DNA of 40,246 bases from Psammoneis japonica. Its lineage: Eukaryota. The notes beneath the pieces are model-generated. The model had not been told where the DNA came from and ran no database searches. It saw only the letters and a program-made list of their open reading frames with translations. Numbering within the stretch: position 1 is the stretch's first letter; each line of letters opens with the position of its first letter. The stretch spans positions 1 through 40,246 of the forward strand of contig QPGO01000361.1 of NCBI GenBank assembly GCA_008632985.1. Direction: 5' to 3'. This document shows positions 11,223 through 23,266 of the stretch, piece by piece. The translations under genes and the position numbers were made by a program.

Positions 11223-12262
11223 CTATTCATTTTTAAGACACGGTCGACCAATGTGGCAACACATTACCACTTTGTGTTGCGGGGTTTTCCAATGGATCCG
11301 ACCATGCCCTGCCGAAGTTGGAGTGCTGCTATTCGTAGGAGTGCTAGTAGTCGTAACAGACGGTCCCGACCAAGCGCCCGAACCGTAGGGATCACCTTCT
11401 TCTTCTTCTTCCACTTGTTGCATGCTGAGTTCGTGTTGGGTTTGCTTGAAATCTTCATTGGTCTTGGTTCGGCAACAGACGGGATCGTGTTGAGGCAAAC
11501 AACACACGGCACACGAGCAAACCATGTAGAGGGAAAAGGCAACAATGGAATAAATACCACCCAATCCGAGCGAACATGAGCTCACGTTGCTTCCTCGGCT
11601 GTGTTTGAAGAAATAAGAAAATTAGGATGAGTTGTGCGCAAATATAATAAACAAAACAAAGGAGAAAACGATAGTTCATTACATACCAAAAATCTTCCGT
11701 TCCAAAAATGGCAAACGTCATTCCCTGACAGGCATAGGCGAGAAAAAAGACGAGATTGACAAGAATCTTGTTGCCCTTGCCACACTTGTTACAGAAGAAC
11801 AACTCGACCAAAACAAGCAAGAGTCCCAAACTACCAAATCCCATGGCCAGCATGGACCCGTACTGCGCCGCCTTGATGTAATTGTCCAACTTTAATCCAT
11901 CCGGGTACGCGGCACATCCCACCAAAAGGTCCGCTTCAAACATGCCCACCGTACCCGACGTGGTAAAGTTGCCCAGCGTGCTATTGTTGGCTGCAAGTTC
12001 ATCCTCCAAATCTTCAAACCATTGTGTGGTGCCGTCTTCGAATTTGAAAAATTCACAAGACAAATAGGTCAAGACGGAAAAGGCAACACCGGCAAGTGCC
12101 AAAATGGCAACGAGGTATCTATTATGGACCGAGAGAAAAAAAAACGCAACGAACGAGTGAGTTGTAGTTATACAATAGCTAACACGTACAGTGCAATTCT
12201 TTTATTGAATTCTTCTTCCTACCGTACCTGCTTGCCTCTCCAAAACTTTGACAGCACCTCAT
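11223..12262 (-). CDS. Predicted four-TM, Cys-rich membrane protein, 280 aa; exons 12262-12228, 12118-11687, 11598-11223
   Basis: Two GT-AG introns join ATG 12262 (MRCCQSFGEASR), ORF 11455..12102 and ORF 11223..11585 in frame (843 nt total). Four hydrophobic segments. Confidence 0.8.
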
Positions 12263-12677
12263 GGTTAAAATGCCAGCACAAAAGAACAAAAGTGCCTTCC
12301 GCCTTGCGTGCTTTTTGGTTGGATGGATGTGCCGGCAATGCGTTGAATTTATTTTTCGAAAATTTGGAATACGCACCTCTGGTACTAAATTTCTATGCAT
12401 GACGTCATCACGACTAAACGGCAGTTAATCGGAGGCGAACAATGACCACCAATGTCACACAGACACATGAAAAATGAGACACACACAACATGGACAAACG
12501 GACAAAACAGCTGTGCGCCAAAAGTAAAGTGGTGACGTGGTCCGATTCCGTCGTTGTTTTTTCCCGCCGACATCACATGATCCACCAGAAAACGAGGGGT
12601 GTCTTTTTTCAGTTGATCGACGACACCCCCTTTCTTTCATTCATTCTTTCAAGATAGAGCATCACATTTGAAACAAC

Positions 12678-15510
12678 ATGAAGTCTGGTAGTATCCAATG
12701 GATTTGTAGTTTGGTGTTGTTGGTGCAGCAACAACACCAACCATCCAGCGCATGGACGACGACGGGATCATCACCGAGCACGAGAAGAACAACAAGAAGA
12801 ACAACTTGTTGCTCCTTGTTTGCAAAAGTCAATGGTGACGACAATGATAGTATAACAGTCAATGGCGATACATTAGCATCCATCAGTGACGACGACAGTA
12901 GTACAAACAATGAGAATGAGTATCGCATGACACTTTCTGGTTATACGACAAAGGATGGTTATTCTCAATTTCTGCGTGCCAAACGAGAATACATGCGTCT
13001 CGAAGAAAACGAAGACGGTTATGGCGTCGAATTCAAATCCAACAACAACAAGGGATGGATTGGCAAGGCGGCACGGTTGCCCTTGCGTGCCATGAACAAA
13101 ATTGGAAAACGCCTCGTGCAATCGCACCGCGGTCCACCGAAACCGGGTACACTGATTTTGGTCCGTCACGGAGAATCGGAATGGAATGCCAACAAGACCT
13201 TTACGGGATGGGCCGATCCCAATCTCAATGCCAAGGGATATCGGGAAGCCGAACACGCGGCGCGGTTACTATTGGAGGGTGGATACGAAATTGATGTGGT
13301 CTTTACGTCTCGTTTGCAACGTGCCATTCGAACGTGTTGGATCGTGTTGCAAGAACTCAATGAAGTCTATCTGCCCGTATTTAAATCGTGGCGTTTAAAC
13401 GAACGCATGTACGGAGCATTGACGGGTTTGTCCAAGACGGAAACGGCACAACAACTCGGTACCGAATTGGTCCAAGCTTGGCGTGGTTCACTCAAATCCC
13501 GTCCGCCGGCATTGAAACGGTCCGATCCGTATTGGCCGGGACGGGATCGTAAATACTTTGATTTGACCCAAGAACAAATCCCCATGACGGAAAGTTTGTT
13601 GGATTGTATGGAACGGACGGCACCCGTGTGGCATTTTAAAATCAAAAAGGAAATTCAAAACGGACGCAATGTCATGGTTGTGGCTCATGCGAATACCTTG
13701 CGGGGACTTGTCAAGACTATAGATGGTAAGTGTGTGTGATGAATATAGTGGAATGGAGAAAAAGGCATTGTTGTAGTGTGTTTCTCACAATACTTTTGTT
13801 TTGTTTTATTCTTTGTTTCTTCAGAAATTGGCGATGATGAAATTCAAGGTATGTCGTTTTTGGAATGATGCTTCTCCCTTTTGGGCCCACTCTGTCTCTC
13901 TTACCCATTCCTTCTTTTGTATTATTTGACACACAGAGGTGGCTATTCCTACGGTATTCCATCATTTACAAATTTGACAAGGACATGAAACCCGTTCCGC
14001 CGTCTCAACAGGGCCATCAAACGGCATCCCACTTCACATGAAGGGACTCTTTTTGGAAAAACCGGGATTGCTCAAACAAGCCTTGAAGCAAGAAGAAGAA
14101 TGGCGTAATCGCATTCCCGGTTATGATTCCACCATGGGACGGACCAAAACACCCATGACGCCCCTGGAACGGTCCTTGACGAAATTACGAGCAGAACGGG
14201 AATTGGGACAATGGGCGGGACAATTTATTGATTTGCAAGAGGAAACAGAAGATGATGGCAACGATGGAAACATGACGTGGGTCGAAGATCAAGTGTGGGA
14301 ATTGGGATTGGCGGAATTAGAAGAGGGAGGGCAGTTTGATCCGGATGCACCCGTGTTTCACAGCGACGATCAGAATGTCATGTTGGATGATATCGAACAA
14401 GACGACGATGATGAGGAAATGGAAATCAATGGTTATTATGCTCAATCGTCAACGTCGTCGGACAATATCATTAATCAACCCTGCGTCACCAGCATGCCGT
14501 CGCAAGTGCAAGTGCCTGGCATTGGCGACGTACCGGTACGCAAGGGCGGAGTGCTTGTCATCATACGCCACGGCAAGACCGAACACAACAAGCTGGGTTT
14601 GTTTACGGGATGGGAGGACGTTCCGTTGGCCAAGGATGGTATTGTGGAAGCCCAAGAAGCGGGTCGTTTGCTAAAGCTGCACGGATTTGAATTTGATGTC
14701 GTGTACACGAGTTGGTTGTCCCGCGCTATTGAAACCGCGTGGTTTGTCATGGACGAAATGGATTGTCTGTGGTTGCCAATCATCAAATCATGGCGTCTCA
14801 ATGAGCGCATGTATGGCGATTTGACGGGATTGTCCAAGAAAATGGTGGCGCAACGACACGGCGAAGCTCAATTCAAGGCCTGGCGACGTGGCTACAAGGT
14901 GCGTCCACCAAAGGTGTCCTCCTTTTCTCCGAATTATCCCGGCAATGATAAGCGGTATCAAAAGTATCTGAGTGATATTCGTTACTCGGCTCGGGAGAGT
15001 GTGATCCGAAGCATTGAATCTGGTAGTCCGGAATTCCACCGCAAATTTCCCAAATCCGAGAGCCTCAAGGACTGCATGGACCGAACCATTCCTTACTTTT
15101 CGCAACAAATTGTCCCAGAAGCCATTTCACAGGGCAAGCGCGTGTTGATTTCCAGCAGCGAAAACGCAATTCGTGGTCTTTTAATGTATCTGTGTGACAT
15201 TCCCGAAGAATTCGTGACAGAATTGGAAATTCCCAACGGATTGCCCCTGATCTTTGATATTCAATCCAAGTGTCTCAAGTTGTTGGATGACGGGACGGGC
15301 CGTGATCCGCTCGAGGTTTACAACTTTGGCAAGGCGGGAAAGTACTTGTTCAAGCCGTGTCAGAATGAGGACGGAAGTCTTGACGAAGAATGTGACATCA
15401 AGTACATGAGCGATGTTTTCAAAGACAACAAGAAACCTGTTGTAAGCCAACAAGATCAAGAAACACTGGACGAGCTCACGAAGCCAAGAAAAGAAAAACA
15501 AGTGGCGTAG
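12678..15510 (+). CDS. PGAM: Tandem two-domain 2,3-BPG-dependent phosphoglycerate mutase, probably plastid-targeted; introns 13726-13824 and 13849-13936
   Basis: Motifs LVRHGESEWN...FTGW, WRLNERMYG and VAHANTLR, then a second IIRHGKTEHN...FTGW domain. Signal peptide ending SSA-W plus an S/T/R-rich transit peptide. Micro-exon EIGDDEIQ. Apparent single-base indels at ~13950-14037. Confidence 0.9.
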
Positions 15511-16179
15511 CAGTACGAGTAAATTTATCTTCAAATCATAGAGTTTCTCTTCATCCATTTTCTAGAGAAAAGCAATACAAATGCGAAAAAGAAACAACTT
15601 TTATCATTTTTCTGGAGGAGGCAATCTCCAAACATACGTATCCACTGCTCGTCGGTAGCCGCTTGTAAATCTGTAAAGACGTGCTTTTGACCTGCCAAAT
15701 GTGGAGGCATTTTGTATTCAGTGTATAAGACACAATGGATAGCGGTAACAGTTGTGCAAACATAGGTTGCCAATTTCCTACCGGTATGGACGTAATTGAA
15801 AAAGAAAGTGAGATAATCTGCGGTGAAAACACAAAAAATCTCCGCGTATCACTTTTTTATTTCATACCAATTTCTCATGGCTTGCGGACTCAGCACCATT
15901 GTTTTCAAGCAATTCCACGTGATAAAGGAAAGCTGAAAAGGCTTGGCAGAGAAACGGATTCAGCGTTGGTAAGGTTTTCAGTTTGGTGGCAGGGATCGGC
16001 TGATGAACTGATCACACAACTCTTGAATGAGCTCGAAATCATGTTACGGTAGAGGTAGGCAGACAGACGTCGTAGAAATGACCGGTATAGGTAGCTAGAG
16101 CTCGGTCATCGGTCACAGTCATTAGATTTTAAAATTATTGTTCTTTTAGGAGCAAAATAGCAAAATAGTACTTTATTAT

Positions 16180-16341
16180 TTATGCCCTTCCTTGCGATGA
16201 TGTCCAATCGCCCACTTTTTCTTCGAGTGATTGATTACCGGTATCGCACTCCATCCAGCTTTTCCTCTTGTAGATCGAAGGCAACGTGCAAATAGGACTT
16301 TGAAACATCCGTTCAGTTACTGACGGTACACGAAGAAGTAA
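16180..16341 (+). promoter_or_regulatory. Upstream region conserved between the two M64-like paralogs (matches ~23121-23266)
   Basis: Shared blocks tatgcccttc, ccactttttcttc and gaaacatccgttcagtta.tgacgg. Regulatory function is inferred only. Confidence 0.35.
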
Positions 16342-19300
16342 ATGGCAGTATGGATAGACGTGGTTAGACACGTGAGCATGAGCGTCCCAAAATGGGGTTG
16401 TCTGGTCCTGTTGGTTTCATTGTGTTTATTCCGCTTGTGTGCAGCTGCTACTCACACGGCAGGATTGTACTTTCAAGAAAGTCTTACCGGCCCTCTCGGC
16501 GTTGGATATTGCGATGATGAGATGATAAATGTTCTTTCAACCCTGGAGTATTTGAAACGAGTAAACGGGACCCTCAGCGACTGGAACTTTGACATTTCAA
16601 TCAAGAGCTTTGACGATCCCAACCTTGAGTCTAAGCTTGAGTCCTTTACGGTCTTTATCATGCCAGAAGTCGAAATTGGACCTGTTGACGGCTGGGGTGA
16701 AGCCCCCCAACGATTAATGAGATCCTTTGTAGAAAGCGGAGGAATACTGATTATGATGTCTCCAGTTTACGGCGGCCCTCAGTTTTTGAACTCAATCTTC
16801 CCCGGTTGGGATGTACGTCATGGTAGCCGGTGTCGAAGTCCAGTTCCCTTGAACCCAGACGCGGTAGCTGGAACATCCTTTGACGGAGGGCCGGCTATGC
16901 TTGGCTGCCCATTCGCCACGTACGAAATCATGTGTAGAACAGTACCGTGCACGCCGATATATGGGACGCCGCAAGCAGCTTTGTTGGTGTTGTTCCCATA
17001 TGGTTCTGGGGTTGTCATTTATTATGCTTGGGATTACTACAATGGTGGCATGAACATTGACATTCCAGGCGTTGGGACGCACGTAGATTGCCCGCACAGA
17101 TTCGACGATTGGGCCATGGAGATCCTTCCACGATCGCTAAAATACAAAGACTTTGTTGCAACTCAAGGCTCACCAAAACCCGCCGATCAGCCTGCGCCAC
17201 CTCCCGCCGCTCAAAACATCGCAGGGTTATACTTTCAAGAAAGTCTTACCGGCCCTCTAGGCGTTGGACACTGTGATGATGAATCGATTAATGTCATTTC
17301 CTCCTTGGAATACTTGAAACGAATAAATGGAACGCTCCGCGACTGGGATTTCGACATTTCAATCAAAAGCTTCGACGATCCCAACCTTGAGTCGAAGCTT
17401 GAGTCCTTTACGGTCTTTATCATGCCCGAAATTGAGATAACAAGTGATCTATCATATGTGGATGGTTGGGGTGAAACATCCCAACGATTAATGAGATCCT
17501 TCGTAGAAAAAGGTGGAACACTAATACAGATGTCACCTCACTATGGAGGACCGAACTTTGTGAATTCCATCTTCCCAGGATGGGATGTAAGATTTTCTGG
17601 CCGTTGTAGAGCCTCGATGCCTCTAAATACAGATTTGGCAGCTGGGACATCCTTTGACGGAGGGCCGGCTATGCTAGGTTGCCCAAGCTCTACGTTGGAA
17701 GTTAGTTGCGGAACCGTTCCTTGCACGCCGATATACGGGACAGAGAAATTTGCGACGTTGCTGTTACTCCCGTATGGCTCAGGGGTTGTCATTTACTATT
17801 CTTGGGACTTTTTCAATGGTGGCATTAGTATCGACATTCCAGGGGTTGGGACGCACATAGATTGCTCGGCTAGATTCGACGATTGGGCCATGGAGATCCT
17901 TCCACGAGCGCTAGAATACAAGGACTCTGTCGCGAATCCGAGCACACCATCACCATCAAATCAGCCAACAATAGCACCTTCAGTTGTCCAAACTTTGGAA
18001 TGTATTGATGATCCAGAAGGCTGGCATGACTCCGATGGTGACCAATATGATTGCGCCTGGTACGCTGGGGACAACAACTGCGAGCAATACGGAGATTTGT
18101 TCAGCAATCTTGGTGCAACCGCAAACGAAGCTTGCTGCGCCTGTGACGGAGGCAGAATGGTTGCTATGAAAGATTCTGCAGTAACATCGAGTCCGACTCA
18201 GCCACCTACTTTTTTTCCATCGCCATGGCCTACGTCTGGGCCTACAATGAGCCCCACAACATCGGCTCCGACGTTGCCACCAACGACTTCTTTCACACGC
18301 CCACCTACATCATCTCCCTCACCTGCGCCAACAAGTCGTCCGACACCAATGCCAACACTGAATCCAACAGCTTCTCCAACACAGAACCCATCTTTATCTC
18401 CAACAGTAAAGCCTACCCCAGAGCTTACGATACCTCCAACCTCTTTACCGACAAAGTCTCCCACGAATTTGCCTACACTAGCAAGTACATTATTGCCGAC
18501 AAGGTCACCAACACCTATACCAACGTCTCATCCGACGGATCCTCCCACCGCGTCGCTGACACGGGCAACGACTGACATTCCAACTGCAAATCCATCAGAA
18601 GACCCGACCCCGTCACTCTCATCAAAGCCTACACTGAAGCAGACACCCTCACCAACTTTGGAGCCAACGTCTCAGCCAACAAAACATCCAACATCACTCC
18701 CCACAAATCTCTCTACAAAGCAGCCTAGAATACCGACGCCAGCAAAAACCGGGCAGGTGTGCTCCAAAAAAAAGGACTGTACTTCTAAGATATGTAGGAG
18801 TGGAGTCTGCATGGCATCTGCGGAATGCTACCCTGTCAAGCACAGACACGGAACTCGATTTGATATCCATGCTGTGAATCTAGTTTTTGTTGGGTCAGCG
18901 TTCAATACAACAACTCACGAGGCTTGGCGTGAGGAGGTCAAGAAGACCAATAGATTCTTCAGACTTTACAAAGCGTTCGGAAAAGATGTGGATCAGCTCA
19001 ATGTCTTCCTTGTGGAACCTGCTGAATTGAGCGGTTCCTTTTGCAATTACGGATGTCAAAACATTGATCGGTTGCTGTGTTGTGATATAGAAACCGTTGA
19101 AGCTCTTGCAAGCAAGTGTTTCTCAGTCGGTCCCAACCTTCAAACTCTTGTGATCCACAACGATTTGAAGTACGGAGGAGCTGGATACCCCAATCAGAAC
19201 ATTGCCACAATGTCTACGCATCCACTTGGCGCTTTCATTGCTGTACATGAGCTTGGCCACTCGCTTTTTGAACTCAATGATGAGTACATGTATGGCGATG

Positions 19301-20103
19301 GCACTGAGAACGATCCAAACTGTGATGCCACGGCGGACTGTTCGAAATGGTCCGATCTGATGGAAAATACACCGGAAGGGTACGGTCAAGTAGAATGCGT
19401 GCCCGGTTGCCAGAACAATCGCTTTTTTGTTTCGGGTACGACATATATGCGTGAATTAAGCCGCCCCGTGGGAGCGGTGAATGAGCGTTTCAGCTGCTGC
19501 ACGTATTTGGCCCTCACGAAATCCGTCCCATTGTACTGCCAAGTTTTCGACATGGCTCCCGGCTATCTTTACGATTATTGTGAGCGCCACGATTATCAGG
19601 GATACGGAAAGTCAATCTACCAAAATAACACGGCAATTCAAATCAAAGCGTCTTTTTCGCATTTTAACGCAACGGAGGAATCCAGCAAGTACACGTTTGT
19701 GAGAGACCCGGTACTAGTCAAGGTAAGGTTACGGAGGAATGGCAAGGTAGTAGTTCGAGATGAGCCCTATTCCTTGCCCTCTGGAATGTACCCGACGAGG
19801 CAGGTACGAGGTGACTTTGGCCGTCCCAAGGACGCTTCCCGGCAAGGCGTTGATTCGATAGTCAAGGTCAAGGTATTTTACCGATCGGGAAAAGAGATCT
19901 TGTACTTTTCTCGCAACGTGACGGTTGCAGTCCCGCTGTTGCCCCCATCCATGGACCATTACACGACAAAGGATAAGAATGATGGTGAACCACGGCGTGT
20001 CTACCCAAAAGCCAAAGTCATCGAGATGGTTCTCGAAAGAAATGAGAGAAAGATACGAAGATTCCGAGGACAGATTATTGAAACCGCAACTACCGAATCA
20101 TAA
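16342..20103 (+). CDS. Secreted modular metalloprotease: signal peptide, two ~240-aa alpha/beta domains, Cys-rich module, Pro/Thr/Ser stalk, peptidase M64-like domain
   Basis: 1253-aa intronless ORF. YGGAG and HELGHSLFELNDEY match the M64 pattern HExGHxxxxLxDEY. Contains the module CIDDPEGWHDSDG...CAWY...EACCAC. The true start may be ATG 16378. Confidence 0.85.
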   Translation: MAVWIDVVRHVSMSVPKWGCLVLLVSLCLFRLCAAATHTAGLYFQESLTGPLGVGYCDDEMINVLSTLEYLKRVNGTLSDWNFDISIKSFDDPNLESKLESFTVFIMPEVEIGPVDGWGEAPQRLMRSFVESGGILIMMSPVYGGPQFLNSIFPGWDVRHGSRCRSPVPLNPDAVAGTSFDGGPAMLGCPFATYEIMCRTVPCTPIYGTPQAALLVLFPYGSGVVIYYAWDYYNGGMNIDIPGVGTHVDCPHRFDDWAMEILPRSLKYKDFVATQGSPKPADQPAPPPAAQNIAGLYFQESLTGPLGVGHCDDESINVISSLEYLKRINGTLRDWDFDISIKSFDDPNLESKLESFTVFIMPEIEITSDLSYVDGWGETSQRLMRSFVEKGGTLIQMSPHYGGPNFVNSIFPGWDVRFSGRCRASMPLNTDLAAGTSFDGGPAMLGCPSSTLEVSCGTVPCTPIYGTEKFATLLLLPYGSGVVIYYSWDFFNGGISIDIPGVGTHIDCSARFDDWAMEILPRALEYKDSVANPSTPSPSNQPTIAPSVVQTLECIDDPEGWHDSDGDQYDCAWYAGDNNCEQYGDLFSNLGATANEACCACDGGRMVAMKDSAVTSSPTQPPTFFPSPWPTSGPTMSPTTSAPTLPPTTSFTRPPTSSPSPAPTSRPTPMPTLNPTASPTQNPSLSPTVKPTPELTIPPTSLPTKSPTNLPTLASTLLPTRSPTPIPTSHPTDPPTASLTRATTDIPTANPSEDPTPSLSSKPTLKQTPSPTLEPTSQPTKHPTSLPTNLSTKQPRIPTPAKTGQVCSKKKDCTSKICRSGVCMASAECYPVKHRHGTRFDIHAVNLVFVGSAFNTTTHEAWREEVKKTNRFFRLYKAFGKDVDQLNVFLVEPAELSGSFCNYGCQNIDRLLCCDIETVEALASKCFSVGPNLQTLVIHNDLKYGGAGYPNQNIATMSTHPLGAFIAVHELGHSLFELNDEYMYGDGTENDPNCDATADCSKWSDLMENTPEGYGQVECVPGCQNNRFFVSGTTYMRELSRPVGAVNERFSCCTYLALTKSVPLYCQVFDMAPGYLYDYCERHDYQGYGKSIYQNNTAIQIKASFSHFNATEESSKYTFVRDPVLVKVRLRRNGKVVVRDEPYSLPSGMYPTRQVRGDFGRPKDASRQGVDSIVKVKVFYRSGKEILYFSRNVTVAVPLLPPSMDHYTTKDKNDGEPRRVYPKAKVIEMVLERNERKIRRFRGQIIETATTES
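18190..18745 (+). repeat. PT/PS tetrapeptide-type mucin-like coding repeat
   Basis: Repeating xxPT units (SPT, APT, NPT, KPT) in the translation. Confidence 0.85.
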
Positions 20104-20401
20104 CTCATTTTCTCAAACCATGGTTCCTCTTGGCTTCATTCAAAGACAAAGGGAATATGCTTACTCCAAACATGTTCCGTATGTGTCTGTTGTCTGTGAT
20201 GTTTCACTGCTTCAAACACGACCCCCTCTCCAGTCAACCTTTTATATCCATCTGTATGGAATGGAAGATCCGAGAAAGGAACCATGGGCTGTTCACGTTC
20301 GAGCAAAAGCATCAATGCAAATTTTCTCTGACTTATGCTATCCTCAAGTTTAACGTCTCCTGAACTATTTCTTTATTGGTTTTGTGTTTCATGGCAACTT
20401 T

Positions 20402-23030
20402 TAATTAGATTAGTCGCGAGGAGGCTGTCGGAACGGAAGAGTAGAATAGATAGAAGGGGCACACGGCACCTGCGCAGTGTAGGGCGTTTGGCGCAGATGG
20501 GATGGGGAAGAACCGAAAAGCATTGGTGGAAAGGTGATGAGGGATGTTGTAGCCCAAGGTTTGAGTCACCCATTGACAAGGGGAGGAGGACTGGTGTGTG
20601 ATTCCGCAGGTGAAGTCAGAGGAAGAGAGGTGGGGGCACGAAGGAAAGTGACACAGGAAGCATTGCAGAGTTGTGGAGGGAACAGAGAGCCAGGTCCTTG
20701 CACTGGAGCAAGGTGGTGGAGGAGCTGCTGAGGCAGAGATAAGATTGCAGGAGTTGTTCCAGCCAGGGGGGCAGGAAGAGCTTGAAACAGTGAGGAAGGG
20801 TGAAGGTTTGTGGTGGGATGGCAAGATGGAGCAGCTTTGGCAAAGCCACCAGCAACAGCCAGGAAGCAAGGAGGAGGGGGGCAGCATGAGGTGTGGGGTG
20901 CAGAGCAGAGGACTGGCAAGTTGTGACAGAAGTTGGTGCAGATGAGGTGAGCAGAGGAAGGAACAAAGCTGTGCTTGAAGGGCTGGGCTTGGGTTTGCCT
21001 GTTGTGGAGAGGCAGTGCTGGGCAAGAGTTTCTCCACCTTGGCAGGGACATGTCAGAGAGAAAGGACTTGGCAAAAAAGCTTGGGAACCCAGGGGCTGGA
21101 CAGAAATGGACACCAGAATTAAAATTGGGTCAAAGGGTGGGCCATTGTCAGGGTTGAAGCAGAAGAAAGCATTGCAAAGGGGGGCTGCCTGTGAAAGAGG
21201 GAGGATGAAAATGTGGCTGGTGCAGCTGATTGACGTGAGAAGCTTGTTTTGAGGAGGTCAAGTTGGGCATCAAGAGCAAGAAGCTTGTGGTTCTTGGGGT
21301 GGAGAACCAAAGAAAGAATTGGGTGCTGGTGGCAAAAAGTGGGGCCAAGGTGGCAGCCTTGAGCAAGTTCTTCATGCTGGACAATGGAGTTTCATGAAAA
21401 GAGTTGGGGCAATGGTGCCAGCATTTGTTGGAGCTCCAGCAAATGATGTTGAAGAATGGAAGCAGTGGGTCAAAGACAAGCATGGAGGCAAGGAGGCCAT
21501 GGCAAGCACTGCACAACACTTTGCTGAAGAACACGTGGCACTGGCAAGGCTCAGGACGATCCATGCTTTGGCGGAAGTGATGGAGTGAAGATGACATTCT
21601 GTGTCAGCAAAAACAGAGCAGACAAGGACATCAAGGCTGCCTTTGACACTGACTCTGAATTGTCCATTGAGGAGGAGGCACTTGGCAAACTTAGAGGCCA
21701 AAGAGAGCCATCATGACAGAGTCTAAAATGTGCGCCAAAGAGTGGGGAGGCCAATGCTGGTTGGACAAAATTTGTTCTTGAGGCTGGATGGGTCCTCATG
21801 CAGAGCTCAAAAAAAAGCATTGGAGGAAGCAAGAAGAGAAGGGTGGGTGGTGGAGGAAGGCACTGGCAAAGCACTTTGTGGCAGGAGAATGAAGGCCCAA
21901 AAAACAGAGGCAGGTGGGGGGCGCTGTGGGTCACCGGCGGGAGTCTCAGTGGAGTGGAGGCAAGCAGGAGGGTGCAGGCTTTGAGATGATCAGCAGAGAC
22001 AGCAAAGATGCTGGCTGCAGCAGTGGGTTTGCACCTGCCAAGGGCTGGCAGAGAGCAGAGCACCGGCATGGAGGGAGATGGGGTGGGGTTGTTGCTGCAG
22101 GAGGAGGCAGAGCACATGGCAGGGGTGAAAGGAGTGCAAGCACCTGCTGAACAACAATGTGATGAAAAGAGGTTCAAAGCTCTTTGCAGGCAGAGGAGAA
22201 CAGGTGATGTTGGGAAGAGGTGCAGAAGGAAGGAGGTGTGAGCTCAAAAGGGAAGAGAGTCACCGAAGGAAGAGGGCGGCCACTGGCCTCCTGCATCGGG
22301 CATCGGACAAGGTTGGGGCAATGATGCCAGCATGAGCCATGCAAGGACAGAAGCACTGTTCCAAAAATGCTTCTGGAGGTGCCAAGAGGAGCTGGCAGCA
22401 TCAAAAAACTGGCTGGAAATGTGAGAAAGAGAGGGTGCACACAGGGGTGCTCCTGGCAAGGACGGCTCTGCCAAGATCTCCCCAAAGAAGGTGCAGCTGC
22501 ACGCAGCTGATTTGTAGAAAAAAGGGTCCAGGAACAGAGGGGACAAGTCAACAAGGTGCAGGTGCCAGCAACAGCTTCCATGAGATGATGTGGCTGCAGA
22601 GGGGTTTGAAGTTGTGGGCAGCAGTGCAAGAGCGGCGCTGCATGGAGGCACGTTGACTCGGAAGAAGTGGGGAAGGGCAGCAAGGGGTGAGGTGATGAAG
22701 TCATTGAGTGAGCTCAAGGAGCTCAGTGTCACACTGCAAAGGCTTGCAGTTGCCAGATTTAGCATGCATGAGGCAGCAGAAAATGGGTGGCCAGAAACGC
22801 AAGGAGAGGGGCGCGCTTGATGGGAGCAGAGGCTCTGTTGATGGAGAGTGCTGGCTGGAAGCAAGAGGAGGGTGGTGGAGGCAAGACAGCACATCCTGAG
22901 AAGGAGTGGGTGGCTGAGCTGTGGTCATCAAAGAAGGCGGTGTGTCAGTGATGAAAGAAGAGTCAGGGATGGTGGCAAGGAGGTTGGAAGGGAATCCATC
23001 ACAGCTGTGTAGTGCAGGGTGGAGTTTGCA
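20402..23030. mobile_element. Unidentified purine/G-rich insertion between the M64 paralogs, hypermutated block C
   Basis: Similarity to the paralogous 3' flank (gtgtttcatggcaacttt, cf. ~27279) stops at ~20402. About 7 TA in 20560-23010. Strong G/A skew on the + strand. No protein motif recognised. Confidence 0.5.
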
Positions 23031-23266
23031 CTCATGTCGGTCATTCGTTCGGTCATCGAAAGTCATTTGTGAACGTAATATTCTGATTTTAGTACGAGTC
23101 GAATTAGCATGGACATTTGTTTATGCCCTTCGATCGTTTCGCCGCGATTTTATTATGTCCAGCAATCGTCCACTTTTTCTTCTTGCATCCTGATTTTCCT
23201 TCGCAAATCACAGGCGACGTGCAATAAAGGGCGTCGAAACATCCGTTCAGTTATTGACGGAACAGG

